Shown here in pieces: positions 21,450 through 30,652 of a stretch of DNA of 64,000 nt. The notes below the pieces were generated by a model. That model searched no databases. It was not told the DNA's origin and was given only the letters and a program-made list of their open reading frames with translations. The stretch comes from an uncultured Synechococcus sp. GTDB lineage: Bacteria > Cyanobacteriota > Cyanobacteriia > PCC-6307 > Cyanobiaceae. Location of the stretch: contig CAJWXK010000001.1 in the NCBI GenBank assembly GCA_913048995.1, positions 8,230 through 72,229 of the forward strand, in the 5' to 3' direction. Position numbers and translations under genes: made by a program. The first letter of the stretch is position 1. Each line of letters starts with the position of its first letter.

Positions 21450-22993
21450 CAGCCGCGCGAGCTTCCCAACCGCTCAAGCACCTGTTCGAGCTGCAATCCA
21501 AACAAGCTGGGATCAGGCTCACCACCACCAAGATCATCAAGCCCCAGCTCTGACCAGCGAGCACTGATGCGCTCTTCCAGGTCGGTCTCCCGACGCAGGG
21601 GTTCTCCCCAGTTGTGCCGTTTCTCTGGCCCCACTTTGGTGGTGGCATCAATGGCCAGGCGTCCCCCGAGCCCGAGCCGCTCACTCGCGAAATCCAATGA
21701 ATCGAAAGGAGTGTCCTCGAGCACAAACAGATCACGCTGTGGATCCACCTGAGCAGCGATGGCCCACACCACCTGACGTGGGTCGCGAACGTTGATGGAC
21801 TTGTCCACCACCACTACGAATTTGGTGTAAGTGAATTGTGGGAGTGCGCTCCAGAACGCCATGGCGGCGCGTCTTGCCTGTCCTGGATAGGCCTTGTCGA
21901 TCGAAATAACAGCCAGCTTGTAGCTGAGCGCTTCCATCGGCAGAAAGAAGTCACAGATTTCACTGACCTGTTGGCGAAGGATCGGCGTGTAGATCCGGTT
22001 CAGCGCAATGGCCAGCATGGCCTCCTCCTTCGGAGGCCGGCCGCTGAAGGTCGTGAGCATCACTGGATCGCGCCGGTGGGTGATGCACTGGAATCTCACT
22101 AACGGCGATGGCTCCTCCAGTCCGTAGAAACCCATGTGATCGCCGAAGGGGCCATCAGGGAGTGTTTCCCCAGGAGTGATTGTGCCCTCCAGCACGATCT
22201 CGCTGTGACTGGGAACATCGAGATTGACCGTGCGGCAGCGGCTCAAATGGACACCTTGGCCGGCATAAAGCCCGGCAAAGAGCCATTCGCTGAGTTGGAC
22301 TGGAATCGGTGTTGCTGCCGCCATCACCAGCAGCGGGTGCACTCCCAGGGCAATAGCAATTTCGAGCTTTTCGCCCCTCTGTGCTGCCTTGCGTAGATGC
22401 CTGGCACCTCCGCGAACACTCAGCCAATGAACCGTCATGCTGCGCGCGTCTTGCTGCTGCAGCCGGTAGACACCGACGTTGGGAACTCCGGTCTCAGGGT
22501 CCTTGGTGATCACAAGTCCGAGAGTGATCACTCGACCTGCATCGCCCGGCCAGGGGCGTATCAACGGCAGGTCGTTGAGGTTGAGGTTGTCTCCTTCATG
22601 CACCACCTGACGACACGGTGGGGTGAGGTCACGGTCAGGTCTGGCCTTGACCAGGTCCCATAAAACCCGTCCAAATGCTGCCGTCTCCTTCAATCCTTTT
22701 GGCGGACGGGGCTGTTGCAGAAGCGCCAAACGGCTTCCTAACGCTTCTAGTTCTTCCACTTTCTCTAGGCCCATGCTCCAGGCCACCCGCTCCACGGTGC
22801 CCAGCACATTGACCGCCAGCGGCATCGGGCTGCCGATGATGTTCTCGAAGAGCAGGGCCGGCCCACCCATGGCGAGCACACGGTCGCTGATGGCTGCCAC
22901 TTCCAGGTCCGGATCGACAGGTGCAGTGATTCGCCTCAGTTGACCTCGGCTCTCGAGCAGCTGAAGAAAGTCGCGCAGGTCTCTCTGCGCCAT
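21449..22993 (-). CDS. ubiD: UbiD family decarboxylase (plastoquinone pathway)
   Basis: [36 protein letters not shown]. Confidence 0.93.
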   Translation of the reverse strand: MAQRDLRDFLQLLESRGQLRRITAPVDPDLEVAAISDRVLAMGGPALLFENIIGSPMPLAVNVLGTVERVAWSMGLEKVEELEALGSRLALLQQPRPPKGLKETAAFGRVLWDLVKARPDRDLTPPCRQVVHEGDNLNLNDLPLIRPWPGDAGRVITLGLVITKDPETGVPNVGVYRLQQQDARSMTVHWLSVRGGARHLRKAAQRGEKLEIAIALGVHPLLVMAAATPIPVQLSEWLFAGLYAGQGVHLSRCRTVNLDVPSHSEIVLEGTITPGETLPDGPFGDHMGFYGLEEPSPLVRFQCITHRRDPVMLTTFSGRPPKEEAMLAIALNRIYTPILRQQVSEICDFFLPMEALSYKLAVISIDKAYPGQARRAAMAFWSALPQFTYTKFVVVVDKSINVRDPRQVVWAIAAQVDPQRDLFVLEDTPFDSLDFASERLGLGGRLAIDATTKVGPEKRHNWGEPLRRETDLEERISARWSELGLDDLGGGEPDPSLFGLQLEQVLERLGSSRG

Positions 22994-23046
22994 GGCAAGC
23001 GAACGAGTGGGACTACTGTCGCGCACGCAAAAGCCGACTGTTGCCC

Positions 23047-23793
23047 ATGCGCCTCTCCTATTTCCACAGCCCTGATCGGGTCCCTGGCGAGGGGATGGGG
23101 GATGCTGCCGTCGTCATCGACGTCCTCAGAGCCACCACCACGATGGCCTGGGCTCTGCACAACGGTGCCGAAGCTGTCCAGGCTTTTGCAGACCTTGCCA
23201 GCCTCGACGCAGCTGCCGATTCCTGGCCTGCTGAGCGTCGATTGCGGGCTGGTGAGCGCGGGGGCCAAAAACTAGACGGATTTGATCTGGGTAACTCACC
23301 TTTGGCCGTCACTCCGGAGGTGGTCAACGGCCGGCGCATCTTTATGAGCACCACAAACGGAACACGGGCTCTCGATCGTGTGCAGTCGGCACCTTTGCTC
23401 TTCACCTGCGCTCTGGCGAACCGCTCGGCGGTGGCGGCCCGTCTTCTGTCGGAACAACCCAAGACCATTTGGGTGGTAGGCAGCGGTTGGGAAGGGGCTT
23501 ATTCCCTCGAAGACAGCCTCGCCGCCGGCGCACTGATCGAAGCTTTGCTTCGACCAGCTGCAGGGGTTGCCATGGAGCTTGTTCAGCTGGCTGGGAACGA
23601 TGAAGCCGCTGCTGCCCATGCCCTTTGGTTGCAATGGCAGAGCCAGCCAGAGCAGGCACTGCGGCTGGCTTCCCATGGACAGCGATTGCAGCGTCTTGGC
23701 GATCATGATGCCGATCTGGCCTGCTGCGCATCCGTCGACACTCTCACTGTGGTTCCCCAACAGTGCGAACCAGGGGTGCTGCAGTCCTCCTGA
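23047..23793 (+). CDS. comB: 2-phosphosulfolactate phosphatase family
   Basis: [29 protein letters not shown]. Confidence 0.9.
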   Translation: MRLSYFHSPDRVPGEGMGDAAVVIDVLRATTTMAWALHNGAEAVQAFADLASLDAAADSWPAERRLRAGERGGQKLDGFDLGNSPLAVTPEVVNGRRIFMSTTNGTRALDRVQSAPLLFTCALANRSAVAARLLSEQPKTIWVVGSGWEGAYSLEDSLAAGALIEALLRPAAGVAMELVQLAGNDEAAAAHALWLQWQSQPEQALRLASHGQRLQRLGDHDADLACCASVDTLTVVPQQCEPGVLQSS

Positions 23794-23840
23794 TCCCCAC
23801 CGACGCTGGGTACGATCTCAACATCTCCTGCGCCACGTCG

Positions 23841-24659
23841 GTGTCCAGCTTTCTTGTGGCTGCGCTGCAGCTCACCAGCACCCCTGATCCTGAGGTGAAC
23901 TTCGCCCAGGTTGAGGAGTTGATTGATCTAGCGGCACGCCGCGGCGCCGAACTGGTGGGATTGCCTGAAAACTTCGCCTTTCTCGGTGAAGAACAGCGAA
24001 AACTGGAACTTGCCCCGGCACTGGGACCGCGTTGCAGCAGCTTTTTGAACACCATGGCTCGCCGCTATCAAGTGGCGATTGTTGGAGGCGGTTTCCCGGT
24101 TCCGACAGGTGACGGCACGACGTTCAATCGTGCAGAGCTGGTCAGCAGTGACGGCCAGCTTTTGGCTCAGTACGACAAAATCCATCTTTTTGATGTTGAT
24201 CTTCCTGACGGCAACACATACCGCGAGTCCGCCACCGTTCGTGCGGGTAGTCAGTTACCACCGGTGGCTTCCCTGCCAGGGCTTTGCAGTATTGGACTTT
24301 CGATCTGCTACGACGTCAGATTTCCTGAGGTTTATCGGCACCTCGCGGCTGAAGGAGCTGATCTGTTGACGGTGCCAGCGGCTTTCACCGCTTATACCGG
24401 CAAGGATCATTGGCAGGTTCTGCTGCAGGCCCGTGCCATTGAGAACACGGCCTATGTGCTGGCGCCGGCTCAGACCGGGTTGCACTATGGGCGCCGACAG
24501 AGTCATGGCCATGCCCTCGTCATCGACCCTTGGGGAACTGTCCTGGCTGATGCAGGTGTCGGCCCTGGAGTGGCCATTGCCCCTGTGGACACAGAGCATC
24601 TCCGGCGCGTCCGGGCCCAGATGCCGAGCCTCCGTCATCGCCAGCCAACCCTGCTCTGA
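23841..24659 (+). CDS. carbon-nitrogen hydrolase (Nit1-like)
   Basis: LPE, YDKIHLFD, ICYDVRFPE Glu-Lys-Cys triad; GTG start. Confidence 0.9.
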   Translation: MSSFLVAALQLTSTPDPEVNFAQVEELIDLAARRGAELVGLPENFAFLGEEQRKLELAPALGPRCSSFLNTMARRYQVAIVGGGFPVPTGDGTTFNRAELVSSDGQLLAQYDKIHLFDVDLPDGNTYRESATVRAGSQLPPVASLPGLCSIGLSICYDVRFPEVYRHLAAEGADLLTVPAAFTAYTGKDHWQVLLQARAIENTAYVLAPAQTGLHYGRRQSHGHALVIDPWGTVLADAGVGPGVAIAPVDTEHLRRVRAQMPSLRHRQPTLL

Positions 24660-24667
24660 CGCCCTCA

Positions 24668-25765
24668 ATGCCTGAGCGCAGCCGCCTGGCTGCGGCGGGA
24701 CTGACAATCAGCGCAGCCCTTTTGCTGCTGGCCGCTCAGCCAGTGAAAGCTTTTAGTCGCCTTGCTGCCTGGCGGATTAATGGCGAAGGGGTGCTTGAAC
24801 TGCGGACCTCCCCCAACATCAATCTCGATGCCTTTTATCTCGAAGGTGATGGGCAACGGGGTGATCGCGTGTGGATCGATTTCCCTGGCAGTCCCCAGCG
24901 TCCTCGCAAGATCCGCGGCCGAGGGGCAGTGCGCGAAGTGCGAGTGGGGATGCCTGTGCGTGGTGTCACACGACTCGTGATTGAGTTTCAGCCCGACACC
25001 CAGCTTGATGCCAAGGCTTTGAGCTTGGTGGGGGTGGACTGGGATAGCTGGCGGTTGCGCTTTCCCGTCGAAGAAGCCCGATTCTTTCCCATGGGTGAAG
25101 GAGTGCTGGAGCGCGAGTTTCCAGGTCCTTTGTCACCTGGAACTGCTGTGGCGCCTGGTCAGGCACGTCGACCGTTGCGAACCCTTACGACTGCAAGTCT
25201 TCCCTGGGTTCGGCGAGGGGCCTTTCGCATCGTTCTTGATCCCGGGCATGGAGGCCGTGATCCTGGTGCGATCGGCATCGGGGGTACACGTGAAAAAGAC
25301 GTCGTGCTTGATGTCTCCCGTCAGGTTGCTCAGCACCTGCGCAGCAAGGGGGTACACGTCGTGTTGACCCGTGAAGGCGATGTCACCGTCGACCTGCCAC
25401 CGCGCGCACGCCTTGCGAATCGCTCACGCCCAGATGCCTTTGTGAGCATCCATGCGAACGCCATCAGCATGCGCAGACCCGAGGTGAATGGACTGGAGAC
25501 GTTCTATTTCCAAAGCTTTCAGGGGAAAAAACTTGCCTCTTCGATCCACAACTCAATCCTGAGGACAGTCAGCCGCAAGAACAGGGGGGTTCGGGAAGCG
25601 CGGTTCTATGTGATCCGCAGGACCAATATGCCCGCCTCACTTGTGGAGCTTGGTTTTCTTACCGGCCGGCTCGATGCCGCTGACTTGGCTGACCCTGCCC
25701 ACCGTCGACAGCTGGCACTGGCGATTGCCGTGGGAATCCTCAATTACCTGAGACTGGCCGGATGA
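24668..25765 (+). CDS. amiC: N-acetylmuramoyl-L-alanine amidase (AMIN + Amidase_3)
   Basis: LDPGHGG, EK, SIHAN, LVELGF. Confidence 0.9.
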   Translation: MPERSRLAAAGLTISAALLLLAAQPVKAFSRLAAWRINGEGVLELRTSPNINLDAFYLEGDGQRGDRVWIDFPGSPQRPRKIRGRGAVREVRVGMPVRGVTRLVIEFQPDTQLDAKALSLVGVDWDSWRLRFPVEEARFFPMGEGVLEREFPGPLSPGTAVAPGQARRPLRTLTTASLPWVRRGAFRIVLDPGHGGRDPGAIGIGGTREKDVVLDVSRQVAQHLRSKGVHVVLTREGDVTVDLPPRARLANRSRPDAFVSIHANAISMRRPEVNGLETFYFQSFQGKKLASSIHNSILRTVSRKNRGVREARFYVIRRTNMPASLVELGFLTGRLDAADLADPAHRRQLALAIAVGILNYLRLAG

Positions 25766-26643
25766 CCCTGAGCTCTTCCACAGACCCTCGGAGCCATTCC
25801 CTCCACCGGTTCTCCACGGCTGAGCTCCATGCTCTTGGCTCACAAGCTCGTCTGGGGTTGTTTGATAGCGGCCTTGGTGGTCTGACGGTGCTGCGACGTC
25901 TTCTTTGCCGGCGACCAGGTCATCCCTGTATTTATGTCGGAGATACCGCACGTGTTCCCTACGGCGTGCGATCCCGCCAAGAGATCCGCACCATCGCTTC
26001 GGAGGTTGTGAGTTGGCTGCGCAGTCAGGGTGCGGAGGCCATCGTGATGGCCTGCAACACAACCAATGCCCTCGCCTTGGATGTGGCCCAGAGCGAAGCA
26101 GGTGTTCCTGTCTTGGGACTGATTGACGCAGTTGCACGCCAGATCCACCAGCGACGCGTCGGTGTACTGGCCACCACCGCGACTGCAGCCAGCGGCGCCT
26201 ATGCCCGTGCTCTACGTGCTCAGCACGAGGGAATGCACATTGTCGAGGTCGGTTGTCCTGTCTTCGTTCCTGCCGTTGAGCGTCATGAGCTGGACTCCCC
26301 GGCATTGCGACGGGCAGCGGAGGAGTATCTGGAACCGTTGTTGGAGGCACAGGTAGAGACGATTGTTCTTGGTTGCAGCCACTTCCCCCTGCTTCAACCC
26401 CTGCTGCGTCAGCTGGTGCCCTCAGACGTTCAACTGATTGATCCGGCAGATTCCCTCGTTTCGCTCGTGCTTTCGATGCTGCCGACCGATCAGAGGCCTG
26501 TTGCGATTCACCCTGATCTCAGTGCTTGTGAAGTGGTTTGTACCGGTGATGCCAGTGCTTTTTCCCGCTCTGCTGGTCGCTGGCTCGGCTGCGCACCAGA
26601 GGTGTCAGCGATTTCTCTTCAGTCGGAGGCTCAGGGCCTTTAG
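25762..26643 (+). CDS. murI: glutamate racemase
   Basis: FDSGLGG, ACNT, GCSHF. Confidence 0.95.
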   Translation: MTLSSSTDPRSHSLHRFSTAELHALGSQARLGLFDSGLGGLTVLRRLLCRRPGHPCIYVGDTARVPYGVRSRQEIRTIASEVVSWLRSQGAEAIVMACNTTNALALDVAQSEAGVPVLGLIDAVARQIHQRRVGVLATTATAASGAYARALRAQHEGMHIVEVGCPVFVPAVERHELDSPALRRAAEEYLEPLLEAQVETIVLGCSHFPLLQPLLRQLVPSDVQLIDPADSLVSLVLSMLPTDQRPVAIHPDLSACEVVCTGDASAFSRSAGRWLGCAPEVSAISLQSEAQGL

Positions 26644-26666
26644 GATCGCCCCACTCAGGCAGGACT

Positions 26667-27638
26667 ATGACGACGGTTGCAAAGCTGCTTCAGCCCGTCG
26701 AGTCTGACCTCGAGAACCTTCTGAGTGATCTGCGTACGCTCATTGGTGCCGGTCATCCAATTCTTCAGGCGGCGGCCGAGCATCTCTTCAGTGCTGGTGG
26801 CAAGCGCCTGCGTCCGGGAATCGTTCTACTTCTGGCGCGAGCCCTTGACCCTATTGGTGAGCTAAGCGCTCGTCACCGCCGCTTGGCTGAGATCACCGAG
26901 ATGATCCATACGGCCTCCCTTGTCCACGACGATGTTGTCGATGAGGCCGATACCCGGCGTGGCGTGCCAACTGTTCATAGCCGCTTCAACAGCCGTGTTG
27001 CGGTTTTAGCAGGCGATTTTCTTTTCGCTCAGTCCAGCTGGCATCTGGCCAATCTTGATGACCTTGAGGTGGTCAAGCTGCTGTCTCGAGTGATCATGGA
27101 TCTCGCTGAAGGTGAGATCCGTCAAGGGTTGTACCGCTATGACACCGGTCAGAGCCTTGAGACTTACATCGAGAAGAGCTACTGCAAAACCGCGTCCCTG
27201 ATTGCTAATAGCGCTCGTGCGGCCGGTGTCCTGTCTGATCTCCCTGCCGATCAACTCGACCGACTGCATCGTTTTGGTCGTCAGCTGGGTTTGGCCTTCC
27301 AAGTCGTTGACGACATCCTTGATTTCACTGCAAGTGATGCTCAGCTGGGCAAACCAGCAGCTTCAGATTTGGCCTCTGGCACCCTGACTGCTCCGGTGTT
27401 GTTTGCGATGGAAGAGCAACCTGCTCTTGCCGGTCTGATCGAAAGGGAATTCAGTCAAAGCGGAGATCTGGATCAGGCTCTGGCTTTAGTCCGTAGCAGC
27501 CGTGGCATTCAACGCTCGCGTGCGATGGCCGAGGAGATGGCACGCGAGGCAGGTGCTTGTCTCAGCTTCCTGCCTGTTGGGAGTGCCCGTGATGCTTTGC
27601 TGGATCTTCCAGACTTTGTGTTGAGCCGCTTGTATTGA
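26667..27638 (+). CDS. sds: solanesyl diphosphate synthase
   Basis: GGKRLRP, HDDVVD, VVDDILD. Confidence 0.93.
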   Translation: MTTVAKLLQPVESDLENLLSDLRTLIGAGHPILQAAAEHLFSAGGKRLRPGIVLLLARALDPIGELSARHRRLAEITEMIHTASLVHDDVVDEADTRRGVPTVHSRFNSRVAVLAGDFLFAQSSWHLANLDDLEVVKLLSRVIMDLAEGEIRQGLYRYDTGQSLETYIEKSYCKTASLIANSARAAGVLSDLPADQLDRLHRFGRQLGLAFQVVDDILDFTASDAQLGKPAASDLASGTLTAPVLFAMEEQPALAGLIEREFSQSGDLDQALALVRSSRGIQRSRAMAEEMAREAGACLSFLPVGSARDALLDLPDFVLSRLY

Positions 27639-27917
27639 TCACTGCTGCCGGTAGCGCGGCAGCGTGTCGCCAATTGTCAGCAGGGGCTTGTTGCGCTTGA
27701 ACCAGAGCCAGTCGCGCAGCGGCGGTGTTCTGGCTAGGTCTTTGCGGCTCAAGCCAAGCTTGAGCTTGTTGGCAGCTGATTCCAGGAGATCAAGCATGGC
27801 CTCAGCATTCGGTGCTTTGGCTAAGGCGGCATTCCAGCGCTCATCCCCTTCGATCCCGCGCACGAGTGCACTGATCTTCTGTTGAACCGAAAGGTTGCTG
27901 TAGTCCTCAGCGGCCAT
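27639..27917 (-). CDS. hypothetical protein with weak Nif11-like helical segment
   Basis: 92 aa, ATG start, abuts sds stop. Confidence 0.65.
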   Translation of the reverse strand: MAAEDYSNLSVQQKISALVRGIEGDERWNAALAKAPNAEAMLDLLESAANKLKLGLSRKDLARTPPLRDWLWFKRNKPLLTIGDTLPRYRQQ

Positions 27918-28039
27918 GGCGATCCAATACCGCTGAGGAACGTATCAGACTCGAATTGCCATGGAAACGGAAGAGATGCTGATAAGCAGCAGTTCAACCA
28001 ACATGTCGGGATTAGGAGGAATAAGTCCTTTGAGATGCA

Positions 28040-28273
28040 GTGGCGATGGTAGTGGCCACACCTGATTGCATCACGCTCACCGATCATCGCGGCCACACGC
28101 GACTCGTTTGCGAGCTACCAAGACACATACGTCCAGATGAAATCAGTCGCCTACACCACCAGATCCTGCTGCATTTTCAAGCTGATCTGCTAGATCACAC
28201 GGAAAGCGAGCCCCTACACCTGCCTTGGCCTGAGGTGGTTAGCAGGTTGGAACAACGAATCGGTATTCTGTAA
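28040..28273 (+). CDS. hypothetical protein, His-rich
   Basis: 77-aa ORF filling gap, AGGAGG upstream. Confidence 0.45.
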   Translation: MAMVVATPDCITLTDHRGHTRLVCELPRHIRPDEISRLHHQILLHFQADLLDHTESEPLHLPWPEVVSRLEQRIGIL

Positions 28274-28284
28274 ATTGGTGCCTC

Positions 28285-28584
28285 TCAGCAGGCTGGTGTG
28301 CTGATTCGTTTGCGGAAGATGGTGCGGGGGAAGAGGACTGCCCGTCCCTCTTGTTGGCACGGGTACTGGAGTGTCCTCCAATTGCCTTTCGGTGTACTAA
28401 CTTCTACGCCGATCGGGATGGCCTCCTGTGAGGAATGGCCACAATTGCTCCACCAGCAAAGGGCGTCGTTCCACGCAGACTCAAAAGAGTCGTAGATGTC
28501 ATCAAGTACAGGATGACGTTCACCGTTGAGGTCGGTTAGGCGATAACTGCGACGTGCCATTGAAGCCAGTTGTCGTCTCGCCAT
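28285..28584 (-). CDS. conserved hypothetical protein
   Basis: YRLTDLNGERHPVLDDIY...IGVEVST.G.WRT pattern recalled from picocyanobacterial small proteins. Confidence 0.65.
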   Translation of the reverse strand: MARRQLASMARRSYRLTDLNGERHPVLDDIYDSFESAWNDALCWWSNCGHSSQEAIPIGVEVSTPKGNWRTLQYPCQQEGRAVLFPRTIFRKRISTPAC

Positions 28585-28692
28585 AACCCCCCGTTATCTA
28601 ACCCAACTATGAACGAAAAGAGAGTGTTTGCTGTGGCCTTTATAACTTCTTTCGGTCGATAAAACGAAATTTATCGTATTAGTAACTGTATT

Positions 28693-29190
28693 TTAATGTA
28701 AAGGCCTCACTTCTGCTTCTTGTTGCCTCTGTTGTGGCTCACCCATGTTGAGATCAACGCCTCTTGTGGCTACGACTCCGAAGGCAATCAACCCTGATGG
28801 AACGTAGCGACTTGCGAGCCTTGCTTCCAACTCGCCGTTGACTTCCCTGCTGGGATAGCGCATCAGGACGGTCATAACCTCGCGCTCTGGTAAAAGTTCT
28901 CGCACTAGGGGGGTCAGTAGCCCATCAGGCAAGATGCCCACTTCCCCCCGTCCGAGTCGGTGTTGAAGCACATGGGCAAGTTCATGCTTTAAAACACTCA
29001 AGGCAGAGTTTTTCTTCGCCTGAAGGTTTTGCTTGCACAGAACCACTGCATTTCGGTTGGGATCAAATCCGCCCATTGAAAGCTTGTCCTGGCGGCAGAA
29101 CATCGCTGTTGCATTGAGTTCGATCCCGCCTAGTGCAGCAGCGGCGATCAGGAGGGGCAGCTGAATCAACACAGGACCCTCAGGTAACAA
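28693..29190 (-). CDS. putative zinc metallopeptidase-like protein
   Basis: HELAH (HExxH) plus downstream ELEA; hydrophobic N-terminus; start uncertain. Confidence 0.65.
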   Translation of the reverse strand: MLPEGPVLIQLPLLIAAAALGGIELNATAMFCRQDKLSMGGFDPNRNAVVLCKQNLQAKKNSALSVLKHELAHVLQHRLGRGEVGILPDGLLTPLVRELLPEREVMTVLMRYPSREVNGELEARLASRYVPSGLIAFGVVATRGVDLNMGEPQQRQQEAEVRPLH

Positions 29191-29441
29191 TTAAGACAAT
29201 CTTAAGGCACTAGAGTTTTCCTTTCTGCTGCGAGCGCAACAGTTCATATCTCTGTTTTCTAGCGCCAATGAAATTGCGACTCTTGATTGAGTTTTAATAC
29301 GATGCGGCCAGGATATGGGAGGAGTGCGTTTATGCAGACCTCGAATTACTTTTGTCAATAGGCGGTTCTGCTATTCAGTGACTTGGCAGCTGCGCTGACT
29401 GCAGATCGTGGGGTGTCACGTGAAGGCTCGACCTTGAGGTA

Positions 29442-29459
29442 ATAGTACGCTAGAACTAT
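29442..29459. promoter_or_regulatory. candidate LexA box
   Basis: ATAGTAC-GCTA-GAACTAT, one mismatch from the palindromic cyanobacterial AGTAC-N4-GTACT box, 18 nt before the nuclease start. Confidence 0.5.
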
Positions 29460-29477
29460 AAAGGATTTTTCTGGGCC

Positions 29478-30650
29478 TTGGTTCGCATTCTCCACACCGC
29501 GGACTGGCAGATCGGCAAGCCATATGCCCGTGTGCGTGATCCTGATAATCGTGCCCGGATGCGGCAGGTGCGTTTCGAGTCCATTCGGTCAATGGCCGAG
29601 TTGGTTCAAAACCATCGAATTGATGTAGTCCTGATTGCCGGCGATCTATTCGATTCACCTGGTCCGACAAGCGCAGATGTTGCCCAAAGCTGCAGCGCTA
29701 TCGGTGCACTCCAGGTGCCTGTTCTGGTGATCCCAGGAAATCATGACCATGGCGGTCCTGGGAGTCTTTGGCATCAACGCTGGTTTCAGCGACTTGCTGA
29801 TGAGTTGGCGCCAAATCTCGAGGTATTGCTTAGGCCTGAACCGCTTTGCCGTGCTGGGGTCACCGTTCTGCCCTGTCCGTTGCTCCGCCAGGCTGAAAGT
29901 CTCGATCCGACCAATTGGGTCAGAGGTCTCGATCCCATCGAACTGGGTGATCAACCACGCATTCTCCTGGCTCACGGTTCGGTGCACGGCTTCGGTGCTG
30001 CCGACGGTGATGATGAAAATCCGCCACCGGCGCTCAACCGTCTTGATCTTGAGGCTTTGCCGCAGGGACTTGTGGACTACGTCGCACTTGGCGACTGGCA
30101 CGGACTCAAACAAGTCTCGAGCAACGCCTGGTACAGCGGTTGCCCAGAACAGGATCGCTTCCCACGTGGAGATGATTACCTAAGCGGACAGGTCCTCCTG
30201 GTCGAACTAGAGCGTGGTGCTCGGCCTGTTGTTGAGGTTGCCAAAACAGGTCAACTTCGATGGCATCACCTTTGTCATCGCTGCAACGGTGATCCTGATG
30301 TCAAGGCCTTGAAGTCTTTGCTGCAACGTCAACTTGCTTCACGCAGCGGTGAGGATCTGATGTTGTTAGAGCTCGATGGACAGTTGAGTTTGGCGGCTAA
30401 TCGATCGCTTACAGATCTTCTTGAGTCGTTGGAAGCGCGCTTGTTGCGACTGAAATTGAGGAATCGCCTCCGAATCATTGCTGATGAAAGTGAGACCGCG
30501 GATTTGACAAGCCGTGCCTCTGATCCCTTGGTGGCGCGGGTGGCAGCAGCTCTTCAGGAGCGCTCAAAAACAGACTCTGATCCTGAACAAGTTCTTCTGG
30601 CTCAGATGGCACTTCAGGAGCTCAGCAATCTCTGCTCAGTGGAGCGCTGA
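29478..30650 (+). CDS. SbcD/Mre11/YhaO-like metallophosphoesterase nuclease
   Basis: HTADWQIG, AGDLFD, PGNHD, AHG, LGDWH. Confidence 0.9.
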   Translation: MVRILHTADWQIGKPYARVRDPDNRARMRQVRFESIRSMAELVQNHRIDVVLIAGDLFDSPGPTSADVAQSCSAIGALQVPVLVIPGNHDHGGPGSLWHQRWFQRLADELAPNLEVLLRPEPLCRAGVTVLPCPLLRQAESLDPTNWVRGLDPIELGDQPRILLAHGSVHGFGAADGDDENPPPALNRLDLEALPQGLVDYVALGDWHGLKQVSSNAWYSGCPEQDRFPRGDDYLSGQVLLVELERGARPVVEVAKTGQLRWHHLCHRCNGDPDVKALKSLLQRQLASRSGEDLMLLELDGQLSLAANRSLTDLLESLEARLLRLKLRNRLRIIADESETADLTSRASDPLVARVAAALQERSKTDSDPEQVLLAQMALQELSNLCSVER

Positions 30651-30652
30651 CG

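Noticed and set aside
25637-26350. 237-aa minus ORF
   Set aside because: Antisense shadow of amiC/murI with Arg/Pro-rich non-coding composition.
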